Assembly (NCBI GenBank): GCA_964106645.2 | Contig: OZ067039.1 | Length of the DNA stretch: 64,000 bases | Source of the DNA: Podarcis pityusensis | Lineage: Eukaryota | Strand: one strand, 5' to 3' | Shown: positions 52,197 through 63,702 of the stretch, in pieces | Layout of the letters: the number at the start of each line of letters is the position of its first letter | Position numbering within the stretch: the stretch's first letter is position 1 | Program-made: the position numbers and the translations under genes | Notes under the pieces: generated by a model | Told to the model about the DNA's origin: nothing | Database searches by the model: none | What the model saw: the letters and a program-made list of their open reading frames with translations, nothing else

Positions 52197-52685
52197 TGTT
52201 GCAGGCCACCCCAGTCTCCCAGGGGTGAAAGATTCCAGGGGTTCCAGGTACTTACCAGGGTTTGGTCTCCTTGGAATGAAGGGCAGCAGAGACGGTGGTG
52301 TCTTGATGATATATGGTTTATTTGCACGTATATGCAACCTGAGTCTGCGATGGAGGGGTTTGCAGCATAAACTTCCCAAGAGGGTCTTGTTTCTCCCTAG
52401 CTGCAGGCTTGGATACAAACAGATCTCAGCCATGGCTCTCCCTCCACCTTTTCCAGCCTGCCACTTTTGAACCCATCTTCTAGCTCAGATCATCCACTCT
52501 GGCCTCTGTCTTTCTAACTAAGCAAGGAGGGAAGCCCACCCATTTGCCCTCTGGCACAGAGCCGCTTCCTGGATGGTCTGGCTATTCCGCAGTTGAATCT
52601 GTGCTAGATCAGGGAATTAGAAGGAGGTCTCAGGTATTATAAGGGTCTCCACTTACAGCCTACCCCCCCCCCCCAACTCATAACA
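52197..52685 (-). mobile_element. Solo-LTR-like element (489 bp)
   Basis: TGTT...AACA termini, 4-bp flanks ATAC/CTAC, AATAAA on the minus strand at 52322-52317, and homology to 25378-25930. Confidence 0.65.
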
Positions 52686-52940
52686 CTACTGAGGTAGAAG
52701 GACCTGGGGTCTAACTCAGCAGGAGGCCGCTTCCAGGATGGGTGACCATACTTCACTGTTATGAAGACCTGTACAGGTGGCTTTTCCTTTGTTAAAACCC
52801 AGTGCTTTCTCTTTTTGGCTTTTGATTCACCTTGGCTTCTTCACAGTCATTTTCATTGGCTTAGAAAACCCCGTATCATCCCTGGATGAGACATAATGTT
52901 GGAAAAAGCATGCTTATTTGAAATCCTAAAGCTTGCATAT

Positions 52941-52947
<7 letters not shown>

Positions 52948-52979
<32 letters not shown>
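52948..52979. repeat. (AG)n microsatellite
   Basis: Direct reading. Confidence 0.95.
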
Positions 52980-52982
<3 letters not shown>

Positions 52983-53014
52983 CCTCGCTTGCATATAATA
53001 TATATACACACACA

Positions 53015-53188
53015 CAGTGGTACCTCGGGTTAAGAACTTTGCATCAGGATGAGAACAGAAATCATACTCCGGCAGCACAGCGGCAGCAGGAGGTCCCATT
53101 AGCTAAAGTCGTGCTTCAGGTTAAGAACAGTTTCAGGTTAAGAACGGACCTCTGGAACGAATCAAGTTCTTAACCTGAGGTACCACTG
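53015..53188. mobile_element. Tc1/mariner-type MITE (short variant of the CAGTGGTACCTC family)
   Basis: TIRs CAGTGGTACCTCGGGTTAAGAAC / GTTCTTAACCTGAGGTACCACTG, embedded in (CA)n. Confidence 0.85.
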
Positions 53189-54261
53189 TGTACACACACA
53201 CACACTTCAAAAATAATAGACTTGGGTTTTGTTTTTTTCTGCTTACTCAAGAGAACTGACCTTGTGTCCACTGATGGAGTAATTGCCCTGCTGTACCCAT
53301 TTTAAGGTAGCCTGATCCCTTGTCTGGGTGAAGTGCTCTCAAATGCTGCTGTTTGGACATGATGCAAGGGGAGTGCAAGATTAAATCATGCTGGGTGATT
53401 TCAAACAAAATGGGCCATAGCCTGAATGAAAGCATTTCAGTGTGATCAAGGGAAGCACACATGCCAAAATGTAGAACACAGAGATGACTTTAAGACTGTC
53501 ATAATACACAGTGATCTGGGAAATGGGTGTGTGGTGGGGGAGAGGTTAAGAAATGGTACAATGCTCACACAGTCCAAACTTAATCTCACGGTGTCATTCA
53601 CTGTTGTTTTAAAGATTTAGTCCCCAAACCAGCAAAAGTTAGGTGTGTCTATCCTATGCATCTTTCATCAGAAGCAAATTCCTTGTGCAGTGGAGGCCTG
53701 AGCTTGCTTTCTCAGCTGTAGATCTCATTCCGTTCCATAGCACTTACTCACTAGTAAGTTGGTGCAGGACAACACCCTTAGGGGCAAATCATACATTCTA
53801 AATGCACAGTCTGCCACTGAATGGGGACGCATTTTTCCTTTAAAATAAAAGTTGGGGTGAGGTGGATCTGGACCACAGCACAGAGGATTGGGTTGACTCC
53901 TTCTTCCATGCTGCAATCCAAATTAAAATTGCCTCCTTGAAGCTCCACCCACCCTGCAAATGGCAGCCTCTGGGTTATGTGATTCCCATTGAGAGCGCAG
54001 TGATGGAGTGTTGGGAGGGGATAACACCCACCTCCCTGTACATCAGGGCCCTGATCACTCCATATGGCTTGTATTTTAAGGGGGGGGTGCAATTGCAAAC
54101 TAGGAGTTTTAAAATAGCACAGAGATTGGCCCTTATTTAGGTTCTATCATTTTTAGATGGTCTTAGAGTGAGCGCACTGTAAGTTCCCAAAATGTTTTTC
54201 TTACACATTAATCTAAAACAAAGCAGCAGTTCTTCTTGATTTCAGTGGTGCTTACTTAGAC

Positions 54262-54400
54262 TCATAGAATCATAGAACCATAGAACTGGAAAGGGATGCC
54301 AGGGGTCATCTAGTTCAACCTCCTGCGATGCTAGAATCCTGCCACAGAAAACCCTGGGTGGGTTCAAACCACCAAGCTTCTGTTAACAGCCAGACACACT
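54262..54400 (-). mobile_element. SINE/CR1-tail fragment
   Basis: TCATAGAATCATAGAACCATAGAACTGGAAAGGG is the reverse complement of the CR1 terminal repeat. Confidence 0.6.
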
Positions 54401-55553
54401 GGGCCAACCTTCCATATTCTTACTTCCACTGGCCCATATGACCAGGAGTGTGCATCATATCTGGTGAATTGGGGTGATTTGGGGTAGACTTTCATGTTAC
54501 TGAGGCAGATCGTGCTATTCACTAGGCATGCTGAGGTAAGGGGAAAGGGAACATCTAATTGGCAAGTAACTCTGTTGCCCTGCATTTTCCATTAAGTTTG
54601 CATATAATAATAATAATTTAGAAAAAAAAACCCTCCTAAATTGTAAGAAATCATTACAAAAGTAACACTTCAAATGTCTGTCCTTTGCAGAATAATCCTA
54701 GTGGGAGACAAATAACTTGTTCTTCTTTGAAACATTGTTCTCTGTAGCTCATTTTTTCAGTCAGGTGTCAATTTTGACCAGAAAAGCCAAGACCATACAA
54801 AATTCTACTTCAAAACTCTACCTTTGTCTTCAAACTATCTCAGAGCTTGAGGAGGGGCCTCATCCATTTGCTTTCTGGCACAGAGCCCCTTCTCCTTGGC
54901 TCTCCTAATGGCTCTTCCTCTTTCCTTGTCTTTTTAATGGCTCATCTCCAGGCCCGGAAACTGGCCTGGCTTATATTTTAACCCTTGCTGAATCCAGAAG
55001 TTCATTGTCTGGCACCCAGGTTAACACTCGGAGCACTGAGTAAATTCTAACACATACTAGACCCAGGAATTTAGGAGAGACTGGCACCCACAAACTCATA
55101 ACAATATATCTATATTTACTGCATATGCATGCAAAAATACCTAAGTTCAATTCCTGACATTCCTGGAATGGTCTAGGAAAGACTTGCAAACAAGGCTGAG
55201 CTAGTTGGTCCAATGATTCAAATCAGTGAGTTTCCTGCCCTTGATATGCACTGGTGTACAGCAATGCATGCAGTCAGCAGATGGATATGCCTGAGGCATC
55301 AGGATCTGCACCGTGTAAGGAACAGCACTAGCTCAGCACCATCTTACATCAGTTTGTCCCTCGTTGAAAATGTACAGCTTGTCCCATGCTTTCTCAAGTC
55401 TTTCTCAAGTCTGCCTGCACTGGACTTGCCAACAGAGACAAAACACTGCAAACCCAGCAAAGGAAATTGCACTTGATGATTCACTTCTTGTGAATCACCT
55501 GTGTCAAAAAGAAAAAAGAAAGGACAGGAACCTTAAGTCTTGTGTTTCCTAAC

Positions 55554-55600
55554 TCTTCTTCTTCTTCTTCTTCTTCTTCTTCTTCTTCTTCTTCTTCTTC
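55554..55600. repeat. (CTT)n microsatellite
   Basis: Direct reading; source of the poly-Leu ORF-track call. Confidence 0.95.
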
Positions 55601-56433
55601 AGCCAATCTCTTCTCCTTCGGATTACAGTCTGGACTATGGAATTTCCCGTTTCCTTCTCCCCCTGTTACTCACAATCCTAACTTGCAGTGCAGTCTGTCA
55701 CCCTGTCAGAAACAAGCTTAAAAATAAAGCCTTAAAAACTGCCACGGTACTGTTATTCCAAGGACCTTCTCCTGACAGATGAAACTGGCCACACCTTCAG
55801 GACATCAGGGAAGGGACTTCCATTCATTTCTTCACCTTCCCAGACATTGGGAGAGATGCAATGGAGAGCATTCTCCAGAAGTGCTACCCAGGATATGGAG
55901 CTCTCTACCCCAGGAGATCCACTCAGATGCCTCCAGGGTGGCTTTTAGGTGCCATCAGAAAATGTGGTTATTGCAGGGGGGCTTTTGGTTTGGCTGGTGG
56001 CATTTCCACCCCCAAATGTCATATCCAATGCATTATTTTGCTATATTATTCAGGTTTTAATTTACTTTAAAAAGCTGCTGTTTTATAGTTATTGGTGCTT
56101 TTCTGCTGTATACAACCTTCACAGCAGGGCTGTGGAACTTCCAGATCTTGTTGAAGTCTCAACATTTGTCAGCCCCAGGCAGCATGGCCAGCAGTTAGGG
56201 ATTATGACAACTGTGGGCCAGAGGTATCTGAAGGGCCTCAGGTTTCCCTCTGCAAAGCAGGTTATCTAATTACGAATAGATGAATAAAATAAAATATTGT
56301 CCTGCCTTGGACCTACCGAGGCTCAATGTAGTTTCACCTGCATTTATTTTATTTATTTTATTTATTAGGTTTATATACTGCCCTTCCTCATAAGATCTCA
56401 GGGTGGTTCACAGAACAAAATACAGGATAAAAA

Positions 56434-56570
56434 CAGTGCTGTTTTTGTAGAAAAAGAGGTGCCAGAACTCACCACGAATGCCTCCCTTGTTCTCTTATAA
56501 TGGCAATGGCGCCCACCTGAAAGGTGCCGGAACTGAGTTCCAGTACATTCCAGCTGGAAAAAAAGCCCTG
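56434..56570. mobile_element. hAT-type MITE
   Basis: Perfect 8-bp TSD GATAAAAA (56426-56433, 56571-56578); TIR CAGTGCTGTTTTT / AAAAAAAGCCCTG. Confidence 0.85.
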
Positions 56571-56654
56571 GATAAAAACAAGTAAATAAGTAAAACCAAA
56601 CAGCAAACCAATAACCCCTGCTTCCCACAGACACATTTATAAGGCTGTAAAATA

Positions 56655-56904
56655 CAGTCGTGCCTTGGAAGTCAAACGGAATCCATTCCGGAAGTCCGTT
56701 CGACTTCCGAAATGTTTGGAAACCAAGGCACAGCTTCCGATTGGCTGCAGGAAGCTCCTGCAGCCAATCGGAAGCTGCAGAAGCTGCCCCGGACGTTCAG
56801 ATTCCAAAGAACGTTCGTAAACTGGAACACTCACTTCCGGGTTTGAGGCGTTTGGAAGCCAAAATGTTCCAGTTGCAAGGCGTTCATCAACCAAGGTACT
56901 ACTG
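56655..56904. mobile_element. Tc1/mariner-type MITE
   Basis: TA-CAGTCGTGCCTTGG...CCAAGGTACTACTG-TA, with an internal palindrome at 56731-56777. Confidence 0.85.
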
Positions 56905-58782
56905 TATTAATCAGCCAAAGGCCTGGTTGAAGAGAGACGTTTTTACCTGGCACCCAAAATTATATTAGGAAGGTGCCAAGCAAACCTCACTGGGGAGAGC
57001 ATCCCACAAATGGGGAATCACCAGAGAGAAGGCCCATTCTCATGTTGCCACCCTCCGGATCACACATGCAGGAGGCACATGAATAAGGACCTCAGAGGAT
57101 GAATGCAGAGTCCAGGATTGTTTATGCATCTGAAGCCTAACTTTGGGAGGTGTGGGCTGACAAGACAAGCATTCAGTGGTTTCCCCTCCCCTCCTGATGA
57201 CACCACCCTTATTCAAGCAAATGTGCCTTCAAAGTCAGTGGCAATTCTGAGGAATGGACCAAGGATCTGGCTGATGAATTTGTTCAATATCAAAAGCACC
57301 AGGGTGGCAATTTAAGCGACAGATAGATATTGGTGGTGTCAGTTGAGGGGGGCAACTCAACACATGCTGTGTGAACTTCCCAGCTGCTGTTCTCTCCATC
57401 ATCGAAGGGAGATATACTGTTGCAAGCGATAAATGAATACATTGAAACAGCTTATACAGTATTTCAAGTCTGGGTGGTATTTCAAGGATAGCCAATGAAG
57501 ATAACAGTTTCTCTTTCAAACTGGCAACTCACATGCTCTTTGGGAAATCGTCTTACATGAGCTGCCCAAGTTAGGAGATATGGATGCAGCTGGTTCGCAA
57601 CACACTATCAGCGCCAGAACTCATTCGCAGGGGAAATCTCCATTCAAACTCATTTCAAAATGGCATTTGTGATTCATGAAAGTAATTGAAGTTGCCATTT
57701 TGAATGAACATGCACGGAACAAGTACAGAAAGGGGCAGTCGGATTCAGACAAGAAAAATGCACAAACTGAGCAACACAGAGCAGATCCAAAGCCGATTGG
57801 GCTGTTTCCTGATGCTGCAGATATAAGGCAAATCTCATAGTTGCTACACACCCCTAATAAATGCATTTATTAAATAAACAAACAACATGATTTAAAACAG
57901 CCACTGTGATAGTGGCTCCAAGTGTGTAAGACTGTAACCATAGGCCAAACTACTGTAGATTTGACCAAATGTGTCTTTTCAAATTAGCATGCAAAACTGC
58001 AAATAGCATTTGCACTTGGAGAGGACGGATCTTTTATAGACTCAGAGCAGGCAATTTAACCCCTGCCACTTCTCCTGAAGCCCTAAGAAAAATCCTTTTT
58101 CTGAAGCTTCAGTGGCTTTAAAATGGGATTGGACGAATTAATGGAGAATGAGGAAATGAATGGCTTCTAGTCACAATGGTTCTATGTTACTTCCGGTATC
58201 AGGGACATTATTTATGCCACCGAATTCCATGTGAGGAATATTGCGCTCATGTATTGCTTTGGGCTTCCAATTGGCATTTGTTTGGACACTCTGGGTGAAG
58301 ATACAAATGGGCCGTTTTAGCATCAAAGAAGGGATTTTCCCTTGGTACTACAACAGTGATAGAAAGGGTTAAATGATCCCTTTTACAACTACTTTGATCC
58401 CGCTAACTATTTAATTGTGCTGCTTGTTTCTTTGTTTGTTATTTTTATTAAATTTGAATACCACCCTTCATCTGTAGATATCACGGTGGTTCATACTTGC
58501 AATATATATATTTTTTAAAAGAAACCACTATTCATGCTAAATGCAAGGAGCAAAAAAAGCCACATTGTTGCACTTATAAAATTAAGATATTTCTTTCAGC
58601 CCCTAGTGGCAGGAACTCACAGGAGGCAAAAATGACCCTCTTCTAGGGTCCATTGGCGGTCAGGCCAAGATGTGTGTGAGACAGGTGGGTGGACAGCTGG
58701 CCAAGTGAAAGCATTCAATGTCTTCTTCCAGTTAAGCCTGTAATTCAAGAAGCACCTCCTGGCCTTTAAATAAAGAGAGAGA

Positions 58783-58825
58783 GAAGAAGAAGAAGAAGAA
58801 GAAGAAGAAGAAGAAGAAGAAGAAG
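58783..58825. repeat. (GAA)n microsatellite
   Basis: Direct reading; source of the poly-Ser ORF-track call. Confidence 0.95.
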
Positions 58826-60475
58826 CACAAAACACCTTTCCTATTGGCTCAAATTCATAACTCCAGAAGGAATAGCCTTCCTCCAGTGAGATCTTGTAGT
58901 CCATTTTTATTCAGCACAGTGACACACATATTTCAAAGCCAGGAGCTTCTTCAGCTAATAATGAAAGGGCTTACATCCCATTTGTACGTAGGCAGATGGG
59001 CTGTTTTGACCGCATTCATTTGCAGTCCTTGAACAGATAAGAACTCCAAGTCCTCTTAATGCTACTGAACTATTGACACAAAGAACGTGTTTATCCTCTG
59101 CTGCCGTGCTGCCGTGCAAGGTAGAAAAATCGGCAGCTGCCCAAGGGTCCATTGTTTATAAGGTTTCTCGAGGGCATTCAGGTAACCTGGCTGTGATGTT
59201 TTCACTTTGACACCGCTTATGCAATTTGGCAATCGGCCGGTCTAACAATACCAGCTCGCAACACTGGATTCCCCTCTGCATGTGCATCTTGGATTGTGGT
59301 GGGAATGGGGGTGGGGAAGAGGTTGTACGCAGACCACATAGCAACAATGAGCAATATGGGCCCCTCCAGAAGTTGCTAGACTACAACTCCAGTCACCCCT
59401 GACCATCAGCTATCCTGTTTGGGCTGATAGGAGTTGAAATCCTAAGCACACTTAGACAGCTGCAGGTTCTTAACCCTAGGAAAGGGATCTTGAGGATGGG
59501 GTTGATAGCTCAATGAGAGCATCTGTCTGTGCCAGTTTTGAAGGAGTTGGATTTCACTTTTGCTTACAATATTGAACGGGGACAACAAAGTTCCTAAGCC
59601 ACCTAGGACGGTAAAATAAGGTAAGCGGCACATTCCCTTTCCTTGTCTCTCCCATCAGATATGCAGTCAACTTGCTATCGAAGAACGCTCTCTGCATTTG
59701 GAGCAGGTGTAAAATCTCTGCCCAGATCAAAGCCAGGGGGAAACGCTTTCTATCCGTTTAGAGCCAAGGAGGATGAAAACATCACTGAACTGGTTGACTC
59801 TTGTGTCAGTCATGAAGCCACTTCCTCCCTCCTTGGAACAGCTTTTCAATTAAAAGATTTAAATCAAACAAACATGCAAAGAAAGGCACACAAAAGTCTG
59901 CCTGAAGGCTGGAGGGGATGGTGAAGTAGAAACGAGCACTGGATTTGGAGCAAGTGCATGTATCATTTGAGGAGCAAAATCGGAGGGAAAAACAAGCATT
60001 AAAAAACCGAAAGGGGACCTCTATTTGAAGGCAAATCTGTTGGCTTCCCAAACGTAGGGGACATTGGCTCTTCTTTCAGCCAAGGCATTTTTAATATGAG
60101 CTGCAAGTGCTTCTCTGGCTCCCCCCCCCCCATTGAAATGACTGGAATTCACCCGGGCTGCAACTGTGTGACCAGGGGCCCTCTGCTGGTCAAGCCTGAG
60201 ACATCAAGGCAAATGCTGATTATGTTGGTTTTGGTTTGATTCGTCCTTCCACCATCCCTGAGCCATTGCAAGCAAAGGGTCTGTGCTTCCCATTGATCTA
60301 GGGGCAGGGATGCACATTGCAAAGTGGGGAAAGTGTCAGCATCGCCCTAGAGCCAGTGCACCAACTGGACTCATGCACCTCAACCCCGACTGGGCTAGGC
60401 GAGCTGGGTAGCACCGCCAGAGACCTCCTTTCTCACAGGAAACGGTCACAGTGCTGTGGACTCACAGCTCAGAGC

Positions 60476-60887
60476 TGAGAGCACCGGATTCACTGTCTCA
60501 ATAATACAGTCATTGCGCAGCAGAGTTTTGCAGAGTCTTGCAGAGTATAAACCACTCGGAGAGCAGCTCTGTAGAATATCTTCCTTTTATTCTATAACTA
60601 CAACTATGATACAAAACTACATACAGAGCTAAATATTCTAAGCATAAATCAATGCTACACTGAGAGTCTGCAGCTGCTCTTAGCAGCAATCTTATCTCTA
60701 GGATCTCTAACACTCTCACTCTCTCCGATACACTGACTGACTGACTCTCTCTCACACACACAGTGATATGTTGCTGGGCAGAATAAGTAGATAGGCAGGA
60801 CACGCCTCCTGCTCTCTGGAGAGTCAGCAGAGACCATCAGGAGACCATCAGGAGATTCTTGGGTATGGGAGGGGTGAAATCTCCTCA
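60476..60887 (-). repeat. Putative 3' LTR of the copia element (~412 bp; boundaries tentative)
   Basis: Starts TGAG directly after the PPT, ends CTCA, and has an internal AATAAA at ~60591-60586. The partner LTR is not in the window, so the ends cannot be confirmed. Confidence 0.55.
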
Positions 60888-61164
60888 TCCTCCCCCATTT
60901 CATCCGACCATTTCAAGAATCTTTAACATAACTGCAATTTGCACATACACTCCAAAAGTTGTTCTCTGCTTACAACCTTGGTTAACATATCTGCAGGTAT
61001 CTCTCTCCCGGCATATAAAACACTTTTACAATACCATTGAATAAGCAGCTTCTGGAAAAATCTTCACACACATTTCTTCCTTTCAAATACAAATTGACAT
61101 TTCTAATTAGGCAGATTTGAACAAATCATTTTTCAGAACTCAAATACACGCTTTCCTTCAAATA

Positions 61165-63702
61165 TCAGGTAAGGAAATAAATAAAGCGTTTTGTGCTACT
61201 ACTCTCAGCACACTTCATGCTAGGTTTGAAAACCCCACCAGAGTTGCTCGTGACCGCAGTCTTTGCAAACTCTTCAGAAAACCTTTTCGGTGGTACACCC
61301 TTGGTTGTTCTCTCGGACCTGCGCAGAACTCTTTGATCCTCTTGTTCTGGTGCTTCCTCCTCTTTGGGAGAATGGGGAGCTAAAGTATATGAAGCTGCTA
61401 AGTCTGAGTCAGCGTCAGACTCACCTGAGGCTTTTGGGCTCTGATAATCTGTGCCATCATCTGGAACTACATTGGCATCAGGATTATCACCACCAACAAC
61501 ACTTGCCTCCCTCTTAACTTTCTTTGCCCCTTTTGCACCATCATCACAAATGGGATGGCACTGAAAAACACCAACTCTGTCCCATTGTGGATTGTCATCA
61601 ATACTCCTGGTCAGCCTTATGGTTTTCGTGTCTGTGATCAGAACACGATAAGACCCTTTCTCATATCCTAGGAAAACACCATGTTCTCCACGCTTGCTCA
61701 GTTTGTCACCCTGCGAGGTGTGCACCCAAACCTCCGAACCAAAAATTTTAAAATGCTTTACACATGGCATTCTTCCGTGAAGCATCTCATATGGGGTGCA
61801 ATTTGTACTAGACTGGTACCTCCTGTTATACACATGACAGAAAAACGAAAGAGCTTCAGCCCAATAGGGATTGGGCAGCCCCGAATCATGTAACAGTGTT
61901 CTGATTCCTTGCTGCAGGGTCTGGTTTACTCTCTCACATAAACCATTCTGCCAGGGTGATCTGGGCGTGGCCGTCCTATGCTCAATGCCCTGTTCAGAAA
62001 GAAAACTCTCAAACTCTTCTGAACAAAACTCTCCAACCTTGTCTGTGAAAAGAAAACGTACATTCTCATTATGTACATTTCTGAGCCATTTACAAAACTG
62101 GCGAAACTTGGTAAAGGCTTCAGCCTTTTTCTGCAGCATATAGACCCAAACATATTTCGAATAGGAGTCTATCAGAACCATGAAAAACCTTGAATTGCCT
62201 CTAGAGAGCGCTAGAGGCCCCACTAAGTCTGCATGAATGACTTCATATGGTTTCTTGGCCTCTCTCCCAGACTCTGTACCTTTGGGAGCTTGCCTTGCCT
62301 TACTCTCTGCACAAGAAACACATTTCATGTGGTAGGGACATTCTTTCAACTTCATACCCTGAACCATATCAGGCATTTTTGCCACAGCCTGGAAATTCAA
62401 ATGACCATAAATACGGTGGTAATAATGAATACATTGGTCATGCAACTTCTCATTCTTATCCACAGACAAGTTGCAACACTCTTTCTCAGTTGCTTCTGCA
62501 GTGCCTGTACCTGAAACAAAAGGCAATTGGTACAATCCATTTACACATTTTGCATACAGAATGAGCTTGCCATCTCTAAGAATTTCACAGCGAGATTTAG
62601 CAAACACCACCTTAAACCCTTGACGATCAAGCTGGGAAACACTCAACAAATTGTCCTGAATATCAGGTGCATACAGGACATTCTTAATAGTTGCATTCAG
62701 GCTCTTTAAGAACACAGTTCCCTGAGCCACACTCGTGAGAACTGTCCCATCTGCTTGATGAATTGCTTTCTCTTGCTTCTCAAGCTGAACAAAGAGATTC
62801 TTATCTTTGGCCACGTGGTTTGAACAGCCAGAGTCGACCACGAAGAAACTCCGCCCACGTTGACTGGAACAGCGAGAGATCAAGGCCTTTGAAGTAGCAG
62901 GTGCTTGGGGATTTCGTCCTCCTCCGCCTCTGCCTCTGAAGTTTCCCTTCTTCTTTGAAGACTTCTTACACTGGAAACTCAAATGGCCTTGTGCTCCACA
63001 CGAAAAGCACCGCTTCAATTTCAAAGCTTTAACAGCAGCAGTTTCACTTTCATTTTCCCCTGCTGAAGACTCAGGCACATTTTCAAGCACATTTTTAACA
63101 GCACAGTCCCGGCTTTCGCTAACAGCCTGTCTGCGATCCCACTCATTCAGAAGCACGCTAGACACATAATCTTCTGTTAGCCGGTCAGAAGGCATTGTGG
63201 AAATCTGGGCAGCTACTCCATCATAAGACTCATCTAGGCTATTGATCATCAGCATTGCAAACACAGCCTCTGAAATAGCCAGGTCTCGCTGAACAAGGTC
63301 CTGTCTGAGACGCTTTAATTGAGATAGATGGCTAGGCAAATCACCACCTTTCTCCAACTGCAGCCTGCACAGCTTCTTAAAGAAAATCACACTGGAACCA
63401 GCATTTTGTCTAAGATGCATATCTCTCAACTTATGCCAAACAGCTTGTGCAGTCTCTTGATCCTCTAAGTTCACCAGCAAGTGGTCTGAAACACTCAAAA
63501 TAATTGTCCCTCGGGCTTTCATATCTGCAGCATGCCACTCAGCCCAATCATCATCATCCTTATCTGGAGGGTCATCTTCTATCGTGTGAAATAGCTTTTC
63601 CCTCTGTAAAAGCGCTTTCATCTTTACTTGCCAAACTGCATAGGTTTCAGGCGTGAGGAGAGGAAAGGACAGAGCCATCTGGCCAGAATGTGCACAGGCC
63701 AT
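61165..63702 (-). CDS. Ty1/copia Gag-protease-integrase polyprotein (no RT/RNase H)
   Basis: 845-aa open frame with strong Kozak context (GACATGG). Copia-type Gag N-terminus (YAVWQVKMKALL...KARGTIILSV), zinc knuckle CFSCGAQGHLSFQC, aspartic protease FVVDSGCSNH, HHCC (HRIYGH...CVSC), integrase IHADLVGP / FTD-x35-E (NGLCERVN), SH3-like GVFLGY and linker LRRSERTTKGVPPKRF. PR-IN order is copia-type. Confidence 0.95.
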   Translation of the reverse strand: MACAHSGQMALSFPLLTPETYAVWQVKMKALLQREKLFHTIEDDPPDKDDDDWAEWHAADMKARGTIILSVSDHLLVNLEDQETAQAVWHKLRDMHLRQNAGSSVIFFKKLCRLQLEKGGDLPSHLSQLKRLRQDLVQRDLAISEAVFAMLMINSLDESYDGVAAQISTMPSDRLTEDYVSSVLLNEWDRRQAVSESRDCAVKNVLENVPESSAGENESETAAVKALKLKRCFSCGAQGHLSFQCKKSSKKKGNFRGRGGGGRNPQAPATSKALISRCSSQRGRSFFVVDSGCSNHVAKDKNLFVQLEKQEKAIHQADGTVLTSVAQGTVFLKSLNATIKNVLYAPDIQDNLLSVSQLDRQGFKVVFAKSRCEILRDGKLILYAKCVNGLYQLPFVSGTGTAEATEKECCNLSVDKNEKLHDQCIHYYHRIYGHLNFQAVAKMPDMVQGMKLKECPYHMKCVSCAESKARQAPKGTESGREAKKPYEVIHADLVGPLALSRGNSRFFMVLIDSYSKYVWVYMLQKKAEAFTKFRQFCKWLRNVHNENVRFLFTDKVGEFCSEEFESFLSEQGIEHRTATPRSPWQNGLCERVNQTLQQGIRTLLHDSGLPNPYWAEALSFFCHVYNRRYQSSTNCTPYEMLHGRMPCVKHFKIFGSEVWVHTSQGDKLSKRGEHGVFLGYEKGSYRVLITDTKTIRLTRSIDDNPQWDRVGVFQCHPICDDGAKGAKKVKREASVVGGDNPDANVVPDDGTDYQSPKASGESDADSDLAASYTLAPHSPKEEEAPEQEDQRVLRRSERTTKGVPPKRFSEEFAKTAVTSNSGGVFKPSMKCAESSSTKRFIYFLT

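Larger units (their letters stand above)
56340..57115 (-). mobile_element. L2-type LINE 3' end hosting two nested MITEs
   Basis: (TTTA)n tail at ~56340-56366 and an L2-like body at 56910-57115. Confidence 0.6.

Noticed and set aside
55540-58904. Poly-Leu and poly-Ser ORFs resembling signal peptides or low-complexity proteins
   Set aside because: Translations of (CTT)n and (GAA)n microsatellites.
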